From Macrostomum lignano (taxonomy: Eukaryota), in assembly GCA_002269645.1 (NCBI GenBank), contig NIVC01000307.1, forward strand, positions 401,585 through 465,584: a DNA stretch of 64,000 bases, written 5' to 3'. The translations under genes were made by a program, and so were the position numbers. Below are positions 51,561-64,000 of the stretch, one piece after another (position 1 is the first letter of the stretch; each line of letters begins with the position of its first letter). The notes beneath the pieces are model-generated. The model was not told the origin of the DNA. It did no database searches and saw only the letters and a program-made list of their open reading frames with translations.

Positions 51561-54500
51561 CATAGGCCACAAAGCAAGCCTACCCCAATCTACATGAGCC
51601 AAATACCAAGTCCCCATTGTCCCGCAAAGCACTGCCTTATAGAACAGTAAATTAAAAAGTAGCAACTTTTATGTAATTTTTTCTTCCAAATTGCAATAAA
51701 TTTCTCAATCTTTTGTTGCAAACAATTTATCTGATTTGTCTTATTTAAAACGGTGAGTTTTTATGCGCTTTCAATTGGAGCATTTCACGGCGTCCCGTTA
51801 AAGACTCTCCAAGATGATGTTTATGTATAATAACAATGTATTTATTTACTATTTTAATATTTTAATATTTGCGGGTGATGGTTCGCCTTTATGTTTTGTT
51901 TATTGTAAGGAAATACCAAGTTTGTCTGCTTATTATTTGCTACGCTCGTAACCTAAAAGTATAATAAATATTCATGCTGCACCAGAACACTGGAATTTTA
52001 ACTGTGGGGAGTGGGAGTGTGGTTGCAGCTGGGAGTGGGGTGGTCGTAGCTGGGAGTGGGGTGGTTGTAGCTGGGAGTGGAGTGGTTGCAGCTGGGAGTG
52101 GGGTGGTCGTAGCTGGGAGTGGAGTGGTTGTAGCTGGGAGTGGAGTGGTTGCAGCTGGGAGTGGGGTGGTCGTAGCTGGGAGTGGAGTGGTTGCAGCTGG
52201 GAGTGGGGTGGTCGTAGCTGGGAGTGGAGTGGTTGTAGCTGGGAGTGGGTGGTTGTAGCTGGGAGTGGGGTGGTTGTAGCTGGGAGTGGAGTGGTTGCAG
52301 CTGGGAGTGGGGTGGTTGTAGCTGGGAGTGGAGTGGTTGCAGCTGGGAGTGGGGTGGTCGTAGCTGGGAGTGGAGTGGTTGCAGCTGGGAGTGGGGTGGT
52401 CGTAGCTGGGAGTGGAGTGGTCGTAGCTGGGAGTGGGGTGGTTGTAGCTGGGAGTGGAGTGGTTGTAGCTGGGAGTGGGGTGGTCGTAGCTGGGAGTGGA
52501 GTGGTTGCAGCTGGGAGTGGGGTGGTCGTAGCTGGGAGTGGGGTGGTCGTAGCTGGGAGTGGGGTGGTTGTAGCTGGGAGTGGGGTGGTTGTAGCTGGGA
52601 GTGGAGTGGTTGCAGCTGGGAGTGGGGTGGTTGTAGCTGGGAGTGGGGTGGTTGTAGCTGGGAGTGGAGTGGTTGCAGCTGGGAGTGGGGTGGTCGTAGC
52701 TGGGAGTGGAGTGGTTGTAGCTGGGAGTGGAGTGGTTGCAGCTGGGAGTGGGGTGGTCGTAGCGGTAGGTGATTGTTTGAAGTGGGTGTTTGAAGTTGGT
52801 TGTGTAAGGATACTTTGAATATTTTTCTTCAAAATTCGTTCGTTTCTAACAAATCTCAATTACTAAAATATCAGTGATTGATATACTTCATTAAATTAAT
52901 TAAACTTAATTTAATTAAATTTAGCCGTTCTGTAAATGATTTAATGTCATTAATATTTTTATTATAACAATTCCATAACTCTTCTGAGATTTTAGTTTTT
53001 AGGTTTTCAAGTATCCCAAATTCCGTACTTATTTATTAAAAGATATTAACTTACTGTAAAGATAAAGCTATACCCCGTCTCCCGCCCAATGTACATAGGC
53101 CAAAACCGAGCCTACCTCCCCGCCCGTGTCCCAGTCAATGTACGAGTACATAGGCCACAAAGCAAGCCTACCCCAATCTACATGAGCCAAATACCAAGTC
53201 CCCATTGTCCCGCAAAGCACTGCCTTATAGAACAGTAAATTAAAAAGTAGCAACTTTTATGTAATTTTTTCTTCCAAATTGCAATAAATTTCTCAATCTT
53301 TTGTTGCAAACAATTTATCTGATTTGTCTTATTTAAAACGGTGAGTTTTTATGCGCTTTCAATTGGAGCATTTCACGGCGTCCCGTTAAAGACTCTCCAA
53401 GATGATGTTTATGTATAATAACAATGTATTTATTTACTATTTTAATATTTTAATATTTGCGGGTGATGGTTCGCCTTTATGTTTTGTTTATTGTAAGGAA
53501 ATACCAAGTTTGTCTGCTTATTATTTGCTACGCTCGTAACCTAAAAGTATAATAAATATTCATGCTGCACCAGAACACTGGAATTTTAACTGTGGGGAGT
53601 GGGAGTGTGGTTGCAGCTGGGAGTGGGGTGGTCGTAGCTGGGAGTGGGGTGGTTGTAGCTGGGAGTGGAGTGGTTGCAGCTGGGAGTGGGGTGGTCGTAG
53701 CTGGGAGTGGAGTGGTTGTAGCTGGGAGTGGAGTGGTTGCAGCTGGGAGTGGGGTGGTCGTAGCTGGGAGTGGAGTGGTTGCAGCTGGGAGTGGGGTGGT
53801 CGTAGCTGGGAGTGGAGTGGTTGTAGCTGGGAGTGGGTGGTTGTAGCTGGGAGTGGGGTGGTTGTAGCTGGGAGTGGGGTGGTCGTAGCTGGGAGTGGAG
53901 TGGTTGCAGCTGGGAGTGGGGTGGTCGTAGCTGGGAGTGGAGTGGTTGTAGCTGGGAGTGGGTGGTTGTAGCTGGGAGTGGGGTGGTTGTAGCTGGGAGT
54001 GGAGTGGTTGCAGCTGGGAGTGGGGTGGTTGTAGCTGGGAGTGGAGTGGTTGCAGCTGGGAGTGGGGTGGTCGTAGCTGGGAGTGGAGTGGTTGCAGCTG
54101 GGAGTGGGGTGGTCGTAGCTGGGAGTGGAGTGGTCGTAGCTGGGAGTGGGGTGGTTGTAGCTGGGAGTGGAGTGGTTGTAGCTGGGAGTGGGGTGGTCGT
54201 AGCTGGGAGTGGAGTGGTTGCAGCTGGGAGTGGGGTGGTCGTAGCTGGGAGTGGGGTGGTCGTAGCTGGGAGTGGGGTGGTCGTAGCTGGGAGTGGAGTG
54301 GTTGTAGCTGGGAGTGGAGTGGTTGCAGCTGGGAGTGGGGTGGTCGTAGCTGGGAGTGGAGTGGTTGCAGCTGGGAGTGGGGTGGTCGTAGCTGGGAGTG
54401 GAGTGGTTGTAGCTGGGAGTGGGTGGTTGTAGCTGGGAGTGGGGTGGTTGTAGCTGGGAGTGGAGTGGTTGCAGCTGGGAGTGGGGTGGTCGTAGCTGGG

Positions 54501-57418
54501 AGTGGAGTGGTTGTAGCTGGGAGTGGGTGGTTGTAGCTGGGAGTGGGGTGGTTGTAGCTGGGAGTGGAGTGGTTGCAGCTGGGAGTGGGGTGGTCGTAGC
54601 TGGGAGTGGAGTGGTCGTAGCTGGGAGTGGAGTGGTTGTAGCTGGGAGTGGGGTGGTTGTAGCTGGGAGTGGAGTGGTTGCAGCTGGGAGTGGGGTGGTT
54701 GTAGCTGGGAGTGGAGTGGTTGCAGCTGGGAGTGGGGTGGTCGTAGCTGGGAGTGGAGTGGTTGCAGCTGGGAGTGGGGTGGTCGTAGCTGGGAGTGGGG
54801 TGGTCGTAGCTGGGAGTGGGGTGGTTGTAGCTGGGAGTGGGGTGGTTGTAGCTGGGAGTGGAGTGGTTGTAGCTGGGAGTGGAGTGGTCGTAGCTGGGAG
54901 TGGAGTGGTTGCAGCTGGGAGTGGGGTGGTCGTAGCGGTAGGTGATTGTTTGAAGTGGGTGTTTGAAGTTGGTTGTGTAAGGATACTTTGAATATTTTTC
55001 TTCAAAATTCGTTCGTTTCTAACAAATCTCAATTACTAAAATATCAGTGATTGATATACTTCATTAAATTAATTAAACTTAATTTAATTAAATTTAGCCG
55101 TTCTGTAAATGATTTAATGTCATTAATATTTTTATTATAACAATTCCATAACTCTTCTGAGATTTTAGTTTTTAGGTTTTCAAGTATCCCAAATTCCGTA
55201 CTTATTTATTAAAAGATATTAACTTACTGTAAAGATAAAGCTATACCCCGTCTCCCGCCCAATGTACATAGGCCAAAACCGAGCCTACCTCCCCGCCCGT
55301 GTCCCAGTCAATGTACGAGTACATAGGCCACAAAGCAAGCCTACCCCAATCTACATGAGCCAAATACCAAGTCCCCATTGTCCCGCAAAGCACTGCCTTA
55401 TAGAACAGTAAATTAAAAAGTAGCAACTTTTATGTAATTTTTTCTTCCAAATTGCAATAAATTTCTCAATCTTTTGTTGCAAACAATTTATCTGATTTGT
55501 CTTATTTAAAACGGTGAGTTTTTATGCGCTTTCAATTGGAGCATTTCACGGCGTCCCGTTAAAGACTCTCCAAGATGATGTTTATGTATAATAACAATGT
55601 ATTTATTTACTATTTTAATATTTTAATATTTGCGGGTGATGGTTCGCCTTTATGTTTTGTTTATTGTAAGGAAATACCAAGTTTGTCTGCTTATTATTTG
55701 CTACGCTCGTAACCTAAAAGTATAATAAATATTCATGCTGCACCAGAACACTGGAATTTTAACTGTGGGGAGTGGGAGTGTGGTTGCAGCTGGGAGTGGG
55801 GTGGTCGTAGCTGGGAGTGGGGTGGTTGTAGCTGGGAGTGGAGTGGTTGCAGCTGGGAGTGGGGTGGTCGTAGCTGGGAGTGGAGTGGTTGTAGCTGGGA
55901 GTGGAGTGGTTGCAGCTGGGAGTGGGGTGGTCGTAGCTGGGAGTGGAGTGGTTGCAGCTGGGAGTGGGGTGGTCGTAGCTGGGAGTGGAGTGGTTGTAGC
56001 TGGGAGTGGGTGGTTGTAGCTGGGAGTGGGGTGGTTGTAGCTGGGAGTGGGGTGGTCGTAGCTGGGAGTGGAGTGGTTGCAGCTGGGAGTGGGGTGGTCG
56101 TAGCTGGGAGTGGAGTGGTTGTAGCTGGGAGTGGGTGGTTGTAGCTGGGAGTGGGGTGGTTGTAGCTGGGAGTGGAGTGGTTGCAGCTGGGAGTGGGGTG
56201 GTTGTAGCTGGGAGTGGAGTGGTTGCAGCTGGGAGTGGGGTGGTCGTAGCTGGGAGTGGAGTGGTTGCAGCTGGGAGTGGGGTGGTCGTAGCTGGGAGTG
56301 GAGTGGTCGTAGCTGGGAGTGGGGTGGTTGTAGCTGGGAGTGGAGTGGTTGTAGCTGGGAGTGGGGTGGTCGTAGCTGGGAGTGGAGTGGTTGCAGCTGG
56401 GAGTGGGGTGGTCGTAGCTGGGAGTGGGGTGGTCGTAGCTGGGAGTGGGGTGGTCGTAGCTGGGAGTGGAGTGGTTGTAGCTGGGAGTGGAGTGGTTGCA
56501 GCTGGGAGTGGGGTGGTCGTAGCTGGGAGTGGAGTGGTTGCAGCTGGGAGTGGGGTGGTCGTAGCTGGGAGTGGAGTGGTTGTAGCTGGGAGTGGGTGGT
56601 TGTAGCTGGGAGTGGGGTGGTTGTAGCTGGGAGTGGAGTGGTTGCAGCTGGGAGTGGGGTGGTCGTAGCTGGGAGTGGAGTGGTTGTAGCTGGGAGTGGG
56701 TGGTTGTAGCTGGGAGTGGGGTGGTTGTAGCTGGGAGTGGAGTGGTTGCAGCTGGGAGTGGGGTGGTCGTAGCTGGGAGTGGAGTGGTCGTAGCTGGGAG
56801 TGGAGTGGTTGTAGCTGGGAGTGGGGTGGTTGTAGCTGGGAGTGGAGTGGTTGCAGCTGGGAGTGGGGTGGTTGTAGCTGGGAGTGGAGTGGTTGCAGCT
56901 GGGAGTGGGGTGGTCGTAGCTGGGAGTGGAGTGGTTGCAGCTGGGAGTGGGGTGGTCGTAGCTGGGAGTGGGGTGGTCGTAGCTGGGAGTGGGGTGGTTG
57001 TAGCTGGGAGTGGGGTGGTTGTAGCTGGGAGTGGAGTGGTTGTAGCTGGGAGTGGAGTGGTCGTAGCTGGGAGTGGAGTGGTTGCAGCTGGGAGTGGGGT
57101 GGTCGTAGCGGTAGGTGATTGTTTGAAGTGGGTGTTTGAAGTTGGTTGTGTAAGGATACTTTGAATATTTTTCTTCAAAATTCGTTCGTTTCTAACAAAT
57201 CTCAATTACTAAAATATCAGTGATTGATATACTTCATTAAATTAATTAAACTTAATTTAATTAAATTTAGCCGTTCTGTAAATGATTTAATGTCATTAAT
57301 ATTTTTATTATAACAATTCCATAACTCTTCTGAGATTTTAGTTTTTAGGTTTTCAAGTATCCCAAATTCCGTACTTATTTATTAAAAGATATTAACTTAC
57401 TGTAAAGATAAAGCTATA
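51483..57418. repeat. Tandem segmental triplication (1588 + 2173 + 2173 bp), each copy holding a 21-bp G-rich array (gctgggagtggggtggttgta)n
   Basis: Copies start at 51483, 53071 and 55244. ORF-track offsets of 1588 and 2173 agree. Inner arrays are ~52005-52765, ~53593-54938 and ~55766-57111. Confidence 0.95.
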
Positions 57419-58144
57419 AGCTACAATAAAATTATATTGTTTATAAAGACAATTATTGCGTTTGTTTGTACTGTAATAGAAGAAACGTGAAAAAAAGCAG
57501 TAAAATGTTTCAATAAACTGGGTGGAAGATACATGTAAATAAAAGTTTGTTTTCACGCAAATAAGCGCCGTACCGTAAACTGCGCAATACATTTAAAACA
57601 AAACAAATTTAAATCAAAGTTCGCAGTGTTCTTTACGACAAATATTTTTATGTTCAAAAATTCAAACGCAACGCATTACCACTAAAAATTATACCGATTA
57701 TAGTAGTTAAAGCGCGGTGTACCATTAACATAATGGCAAGCATACAGGTATCGAAAAATGGATACAAATAAAACTAACTATATGCGGAAATACGATAGGT
57801 GCTACTATAGAGCAAGTAGTAGTTAGTGGTCGGGAAAAATGAGCTTTTATGTGTAAGCTGCTGAGCTTTGCTTAAAATCCTAAAAAAACGAAGAGGGCTG
57901 TAACCATCTCGTGCGGATGAGCGGAATTAGAAGTTCCACTAAAGCTAAAATCAAGCAGTTGTAGAGTTGGCTTGTCAATGAAATTCTATTTCTATAGCAG
58001 AGCAACTGACTAACTAATGATTTTCTGCGACAAAGGCAGAATTAAGTGCCTGTTGATTTTAGAAGTCGTAAATTTTCAAAAGTATGCTTATAAATATGTA
58101 CGTGTGTATGCATGTACCACACAATGCAGAGTCGATACTCCTTT

Positions 58145-58465
58145 TTAACAGGTGACATTCGATCTTGTCTGACAGGTAACACTCCTGTCTAACAGGTGAC
58201 ACTCCTGTCTAACAGGTGACACTCCTGTCTAACAGGTGACACTCCTGTCTAACAGGTGACACTCCTGTCTAACAGGTGACATTTCTGTCTAACAGGTGAC
58301 ACTCCTGTCCAACAGGTAGCACTCCTGTCTAACAGGTGACACTCTTGTCTAACAGGTGACACTCCTGTCTAACAGGTGACACTCCTGTCTAACAGGTGAC
58401 GTTCCTGTCTAACAGGTGACACTCTTGTCTAACAGGTGACATTCCTGTCTAACAGGTGGCACTAG
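58145..58465. repeat. 20-bp minisatellite (aacaggtgacactcctgtct) downstream of SLC6
   Basis: Direct reading. Confidence 0.95.
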
Positions 58466-58642
58466 ATCTTAACAGTTCCCATTTGTGTTAGACAAGGGCC
58501 TCGCCTGTGTAGACAAGAGCTTTGCCGGTTGCCCTTAAAGAGGCCATCATCTGATTGACTCACCATGAGGCCATTTAAAAATGGTTAATTTTCACCTTAA
58601 GGTCAATCACGTTCTCAATTCGGTGTTCATGGCAGTTTGCAG

Positions 58643-61600
58643 TCAGACAGCCGTCTGTACGTCCTCCTTAACCTGCTGGGGGCCCAGGCTGAATGAAGCG
58701 AATGGCACCTGCTGAGTGTCCGGCGTGGCGGCCCCCGGGGAGGTGTCGCACCTGTCACACTTGGCAGCAGCAGCCTGCGGGTTGGCGGCCGCAGCGATCG
58801 CGTGCTGATCGTAGATGGTGAGATGAGCGGCGGACCCGCTGGACTGCAGCTGGGAGAACGAGTTGGTGTGAGTTCGAATCCGGTTCAAGCCCGACTCCTT
58901 GCTGGCGGCTCGCTGCAACTCAGCTGCGATGCTCAACTTCGACTGGAAGAAATTGTTAGTGCCGTCAAGGGAGTTGGTGGTCTTGGCCAGGTTGTCAAGG
59001 AACTCGCCGCGGTCCTCTAGCTGGGCGGGGCCCCACTCCTCGGCCGGCTTCAGGAACTCCTTCAGCAGGATTCCGCCGCCCTCGGCGCAGTACTTGTAGA
59101 GGGCGTAGACAGGTATCCACACGATGACGAAGACTCCAATTAGCAGGCAGAGCAGCTGGAACGGCTGGGTGTACTCATACGATCCGTAGGTCAGCGGCTC
59201 ATAGAATATGATCATGAGCAGGATGAGCACCACGATGACCAGCGGGGTGACAACCATCCAGTTGGCTCGCCAGTAGATATTCGGCTTGCCACCGACCATC
59301 AGCTTGATGTCCTCGGCGAACTGTCTGTACGGATAGATGTACATCAGCACGACAATTTCGCAGAGCCCGCACACCAACAGCGGGAAGGTGGACACGGCGT
59401 TGTCGATGAGGTTCAGCAGGTACATACCGCCGCCGAAAGTCATGGGGATGCCCAGGGCGAATAGGCAGGCGCAGACTCCGAGCCGAAGCAGGATAGAATG
59501 CGACTTGGAGGCCCCGATCAGGCCCTTGGCTTTGAGCTCGTCTTGCAGAGCGCAGAGCACTGTCTCAGCGATTGAGAACTGCAGTAGAGGGAGTGGATTG
59601 ATTATTTATATTATGCGGCATTGTCGCCTACAGCCTTGAAGTCACGTGATGGGCTTGCTCCACAAAAAAAATTGGCGCATACCTGTGGTCACGTGACTGA
59701 TAAGACCCCGGCTATAAAGCCACGTCACGTTACTGAAACCAACAGCTCTTGAGGCATAAAAGCCTATACTAATGTACACTGCGCGCAGGAGTCACATGAC
59801 TAAATCCGACAGCCTTCGGCTATAAAACCCTATGATGTACACTACAGGAGTCACGTGACTGAAGCCGATAGCTTCTGGGGTATTAAAAGCCTATAACAAT
59901 GTACATTACAGGAGTCACGTGACTGAAACCAATAGCTTCTGGGGTATTAAAAGCCTATAACAATGTACATTACAGGAGTCACGTGACTGAAACCAATAGC
60001 TTCTGGGGTATTAAAAGCCTATAACAATGTACACTACAGAGGTCACGTGACTGAATCCGACAGCCTAAATACCAGGAGTGTTTTACTCAAAATTTTCTTT
60101 ATTAAGCGAACATCTATTTTAATTAAACGACTATATCGAAATATACAAATAATTTTCGCGTAATTTTACTCACTGCTTACTAACAAAAGTAGTTTAAATA
60201 ACCCAACAAACGATTGCAGACCCTTAAGGAAAGCAAACTGGTTCAGACTGGACTGAGTGAAGCTGTAGAAATTGCTTTCACTTTTCAGTTCCTCCTCTGA
60301 GGCCTCAGCTGACTCTCTCTGACAGCCATTTTAGCTGTAGAAAAAGGCCATAACTTTGTTATTTGCGCCGAAAGATAGCTAGGGGAGAGAAGTGCACAGC
60401 AGTGCGCGAAAATTCCGTCACTGCAGCTCGCGTCTTCTGTCTCAGATAGTTGGCCAAACGAGCTTGCAGAAGAATGTGCTAAGTACAGATAGATACCTTC
60501 ACTTTCCTCGTGTGTTGCTTTGATCGCATCTCAGCTTTCATCATCTCCACTCTCTTCCCATCATCTCCACTCTCTTCCCATCATCTCCACTCTCTTCCCA
60601 TCATCTCCACTCTCTTCCCATCATCTCCACTCTCTTCCCATCATCTCCACTCTCTTCCCATCATCTCCACTCTCTTCCCATCATCTCCACTCTCTCTTCC
60701 CATCATCTCCGCTCTCTTCCCATCATCTCCACTCTCTTCCCATCATCTCCGCTCTCTTCCCATCATCTCCACTCTCTCCTCCATCATCTCCACTCTCTTC
60801 CCATCATCTCCACTCTCTTCCCATCATCTCCACTCTCTTCCCATCATCTCCACTCTCTTCCCATCATCTCCGCTCTCTTCCCATCATCTCCACTCTTCCT
60901 CCCATCATCTCCGCTCTCTCTTCCTATCATCTCCACTCTCTTCTCAACATCTCCACTCTCTTCCCATTATCTCCACTCTCTCTTCCCATCATCTTCACTC
61001 GCTCCCGCCGTCACGAACCTGAGAGCCGAAGCCGAGCGTGGCCATCATGATGAAGAACAGCACAGACCACAGCGGCGACAGCGGCATGTGGGTCAGCGCC
61101 TCCGGATAGACAATAAAGGCCAGACCCGGGCCGCCCTTAGCCACCTCGCCAACCGGCACATTCTTCTGATGCGACATGAAGCCCAGGTTGCAGAAGATCA
61201 CTAAGCCGGCAAACACAGAAGTGCCGCAGTTGATCAAAGCCACCATCACAGCATCTCTCTGACAGTTGTTGCGAAATTTATTATACGAACTCATGGCTAT
61301 GAGGCCGCCGTTGCAGCAGGACAAGCTGAAGAAGATCTGTGTGGCCGCCTCCATCCAGACTTTGTAATCGGCCAGACGGCTCCACACGGGTGTCAGGTAG
61401 AATTTCACACCTTCCGCCGCTCCGGGCAGTGTGGCCCCTCTGATCAGCAGAATTGTCAGCATCAGATAAGGGAATATTGCGGTAAAATAGGACACCTTGC
61501 CCAGAGACTGGACACCTTTGAGTAGCACCAGAGCCACAATGACCCAGGCTATGAATAGAGCCAGCAGGACAAACCAGTTCACGCTGCCGAAGTGCTCAAT

Positions 61601-62094
61601 ACCGCTGGTGAGTTGCAGTACGTGATTTCTGTTGGCATGGGCAGAGGGATTGCTAAGAGATTGGCATGATCCGCTAAATTAAAGGAATGGCAGTGCCCAG
61701 CTCAAATGCAATCACTGATTTTGGGATGAAAAAAACTGATTTTTCCTATCTCCGCAGTGTATTTGTTCTCCGAGGAAATTGTGGCCTCCAAAAAAATTGC
61801 CTGATCTTTGAATTTTACGTCTGTTTTACGAGTACTAAAGTGGTGGTTTCTTACGAACCAAGCCTGTCTGCATGGAGGTTTTCTAATAGATGAAAGTACT
61901 AGAAATTTAGTTTAGTTTTTAGTTTTTAGTTCCAGTTGTCCCTGTAATTGGTGTCTGTGTTTGGCTTTTTTAAGTACAATTAATTACTCACTCGTAAAAT
62001 TCTTCAGAGGGTGTCTTGCACTTCGTTTCCGGGTCGGTGCTGTTGACTGCAAATGGTTTGAATTGAGGGTTGGCTTCAGAGTTGGCCTGCGATT
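58643..62094 (-). CDS. SLC6 sodium-dependent (glycine/proline-type) transporter, last three exons (62094-61992, 61628-61019, 59578-58643); 5' part lies beyond the window
   Basis: KTPSEEFYE|NHVLQLTSGI...GKVSYFTAIFPY...ATQIFFSL...SSYNKF...GPGLAFIVYPEAL...GFGSQ|FSIAETV; phases are compatible. Confidence 0.93.
59640..60060. repeat. 64-bp tandem repeat carrying GTCACGTGAC palindromes, SLC6 intron
   Basis: Perfect GTCACGTGAC at 59688, 59850, 59914, 59978 and 60042; variants at 59641, 59724 and 59791. Confidence 0.9.
60535..61000. repeat. 20-bp pyrimidine-rich minisatellite (ccatcatctccactctcttc), SLC6 intron
   Basis: Direct reading. Confidence 0.95.
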
Positions 62095-62124
62095 CTGTAG
62101 GCAGTTGTTCAGATTGAATGGGTG

Positions 62125-62840
62125 CCTGTCCTAGCAACTGAGGATCTGGGAGGCTGTCCTAGCAACTGAGGATCTGGGAGGCTGTCCCAGCAACTGAGGA
62201 TCTGAGAGGCTGGCCCAGCAACTGAGGATCTGGGAGGCTGTCCTAGCAACTGAGGATCTGGGAGGCTGGCCCAGCAACTGAGGATCTGGGAGGCTGGCCC
62301 AGCAACTGACACTCTGGGAGGCTGGCCCAGCAACTGAGGATCTGGGAGGCTGGCCCAGCAACTGAGGATCTGGGAGGCTGGCCCAGCAACTGACACTCTG
62401 GGAGGCTGGCCCAGCAACTGAGGATCTGGGAGGCTGGCCCAGCAACTGACACTCTGGGAGGCTGGCCCAGCAACTGACACTCTGGGAGGCTGGCCCAGCA
62501 ACTGAGGATCTGGGAGGCTGGCTTGCTGCCTGAGGATCTGGGAGGCTGGCTTGCTGCCTGAGGATCTGGGAGGCTGGCCCAGCAACTGAGGATCTGGGAG
62601 GCTGGCCCAGCAACTGAAACTCTGGGAGGCTGGCCCAGCAACTGAGGATCTGGGAGGCTGGCCCAGCAACTGGGGATCTGGGAGGCTGGCCCAGCAATTG
62701 AGGATCTGGGAGGCTGGCATAGCAACTGACACTCTTGGAGGCTGGCCCAGCAACTGACACTCTTGGAGGCTGGCCCAGCAACTGACACTCTTGGAGGCTG
62801 GCCCAGCAACTGACACTCTTGGAGGCTGGCCCAGCAACCG
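62125..62840. repeat. 28-bp minisatellite (gcaactgaggatctgggaggctggccca), SLC6 intron
   Basis: Direct reading. Confidence 0.95.
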
Positions 62841-63344
62841 CATTTTATGTTTTTACTCTAAACTTGAGCGAAATGTAAAAATTGCACTAAGAAAATTGTT
62901 TACCCCCACATCAAACATTAACAGATCTCCTATCTTTGGATGAATATTCAATAGAAAAGTTGATCATATTTGCTCCCAGCTTTATGAATATTTTTTAATT
63001 CATTATCGAATTCTGATTTTGGAGTCACCTGCTTTGCACCTGCTAAGGTGCTGTGTTTACTCTGCACAGGGAAAATACGGGTACAAGATCTCAGTATCAA
63101 ATAAGATATTAAATTAGGAATTCATTCACACGTTTTAGCACATAATTAGAACGCAATACCGTACAATCTCATTTTTATTTTATTTTCTACGCTATTCACA
63201 ACATACTTAACAACTAAACTAGTGGACTAGTAAAATAAACTCCGTTAAGAACAATAGATTAATTCACTTGAGTCTTTAAATTGCGCTAATTTATCAATTT
63301 AGTCAGCATATTGATTGATTTAGTAAAACAGAATAAGACACCTC

Positions 63345-64000
63345 TCAATTGAGATGCCAAGTCTCAAGGGGGGGGGAGTTGGAGATGCCAAGGCTCATAG
63401 GGGAATTGCTGAGATGCCAAGGCTCATAGGGAGTTGCTGAGATGCCAAGGCTCAAAGGGGAATTGTTGAGATGCCAAGGCTCATGGGGAATTGCTGAGAT
63501 GCCAAGGCTCAAAGGGGAATTGTTGAGATGCAAGGCTCATGGGGGAATTGCTGAGATGCCAAGGCTCATAGGGAATTGTTGAGATGCCAAGGCTCAAAGG
63601 GGAATTGTTGAGATGCCAAGGCTCATAGGGGAATTGTTGAGATGCCAAGGCTCATGGGGGAATTGCTGAGATGCAAGGCTCAAAGGGGAATTGTTGAGAT
63701 GCCAAGGCTCAAAGGGGAATGTTGAGATGCCAAGGCTCATAGGGGAATTGTTGAATGCCAAGGCTCATGGGGGAATTGCTGAAGATGCCAAGGTTGAACC
63801 CTCAAAGGGAATTGTTGAGATGCCAAGGCTCTGGGGAATTGTTGAGATGCAAGGCTCATAGGGAATTGTTGAGATGCCAAGGCTCAAGGGGAATTGTTGA
63901 ATGCCAAGGCTCATAGGGAATTGCTGAGATGCCAAGGCTCATGGGGAATTGTTGAGATGCCAAGGCTCAAGGGGAATTGTTGAGATGCCAAGGCTCATAG
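63345..64000. repeat. ~30-bp minisatellite (gggaattgttgagatgccaaggctcatagg), running off the window end
   Basis: Direct reading; many single-base indels. Confidence 0.9.

Noticed and set aside
51972-57205. Mucin-like PLPATTT / VVAGSG ORFs up to 490 aa
   Set aside because: Stop-free frames of a 21-bp array, open on both strands, with no signal peptide or splice support.
63530-64000. Frequent 1-bp indels in the last array as hypermutation
   Set aside because: The pattern is typical of low-coverage long-read consensus error.

Overview
Eukaryotic (metazoan) genomic DNA: GC-rich exons, GT-AG introns, AT-rich spacers and a very high tandem-repeat load. The style resembles a Macrostomum-like flatworm genome, but that is inference only. 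Seven genes can be reconstructed exon by exon: intronless SmE, GNPDA, ANKEF1 (-), FAM221B-like, MFSD1, SLC37A3-like and the 3' part of an SLC6 transporter (-). Other elements: a frameshifted C-type-lectin pseudogene; an intact, very young Gypsy (Mag-like) LTR retrotransposon with 5-bp TSD; a decayed mariner interrupted by an 810-bp TIR element; and a 1.6-2.2 kb tandem triplication. Main pattern: 17 of 19 coding introns carry a tandem array, mostly a different unit each time, while the 6.9-kb divergent intergenic region has none. Some array families recur in inverted or transcription-matched orientation. Two same-strand gene pairs (SmE-GNPDA; lysosomal MFSD1-SLC37A3) look like candidate trans-spliced operons. 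Almost all long ORFs in the supplied track outside these genes are repeat artefacts. All alignments and protein comparisons were done by eye from recalled family motifs; no searches were run.
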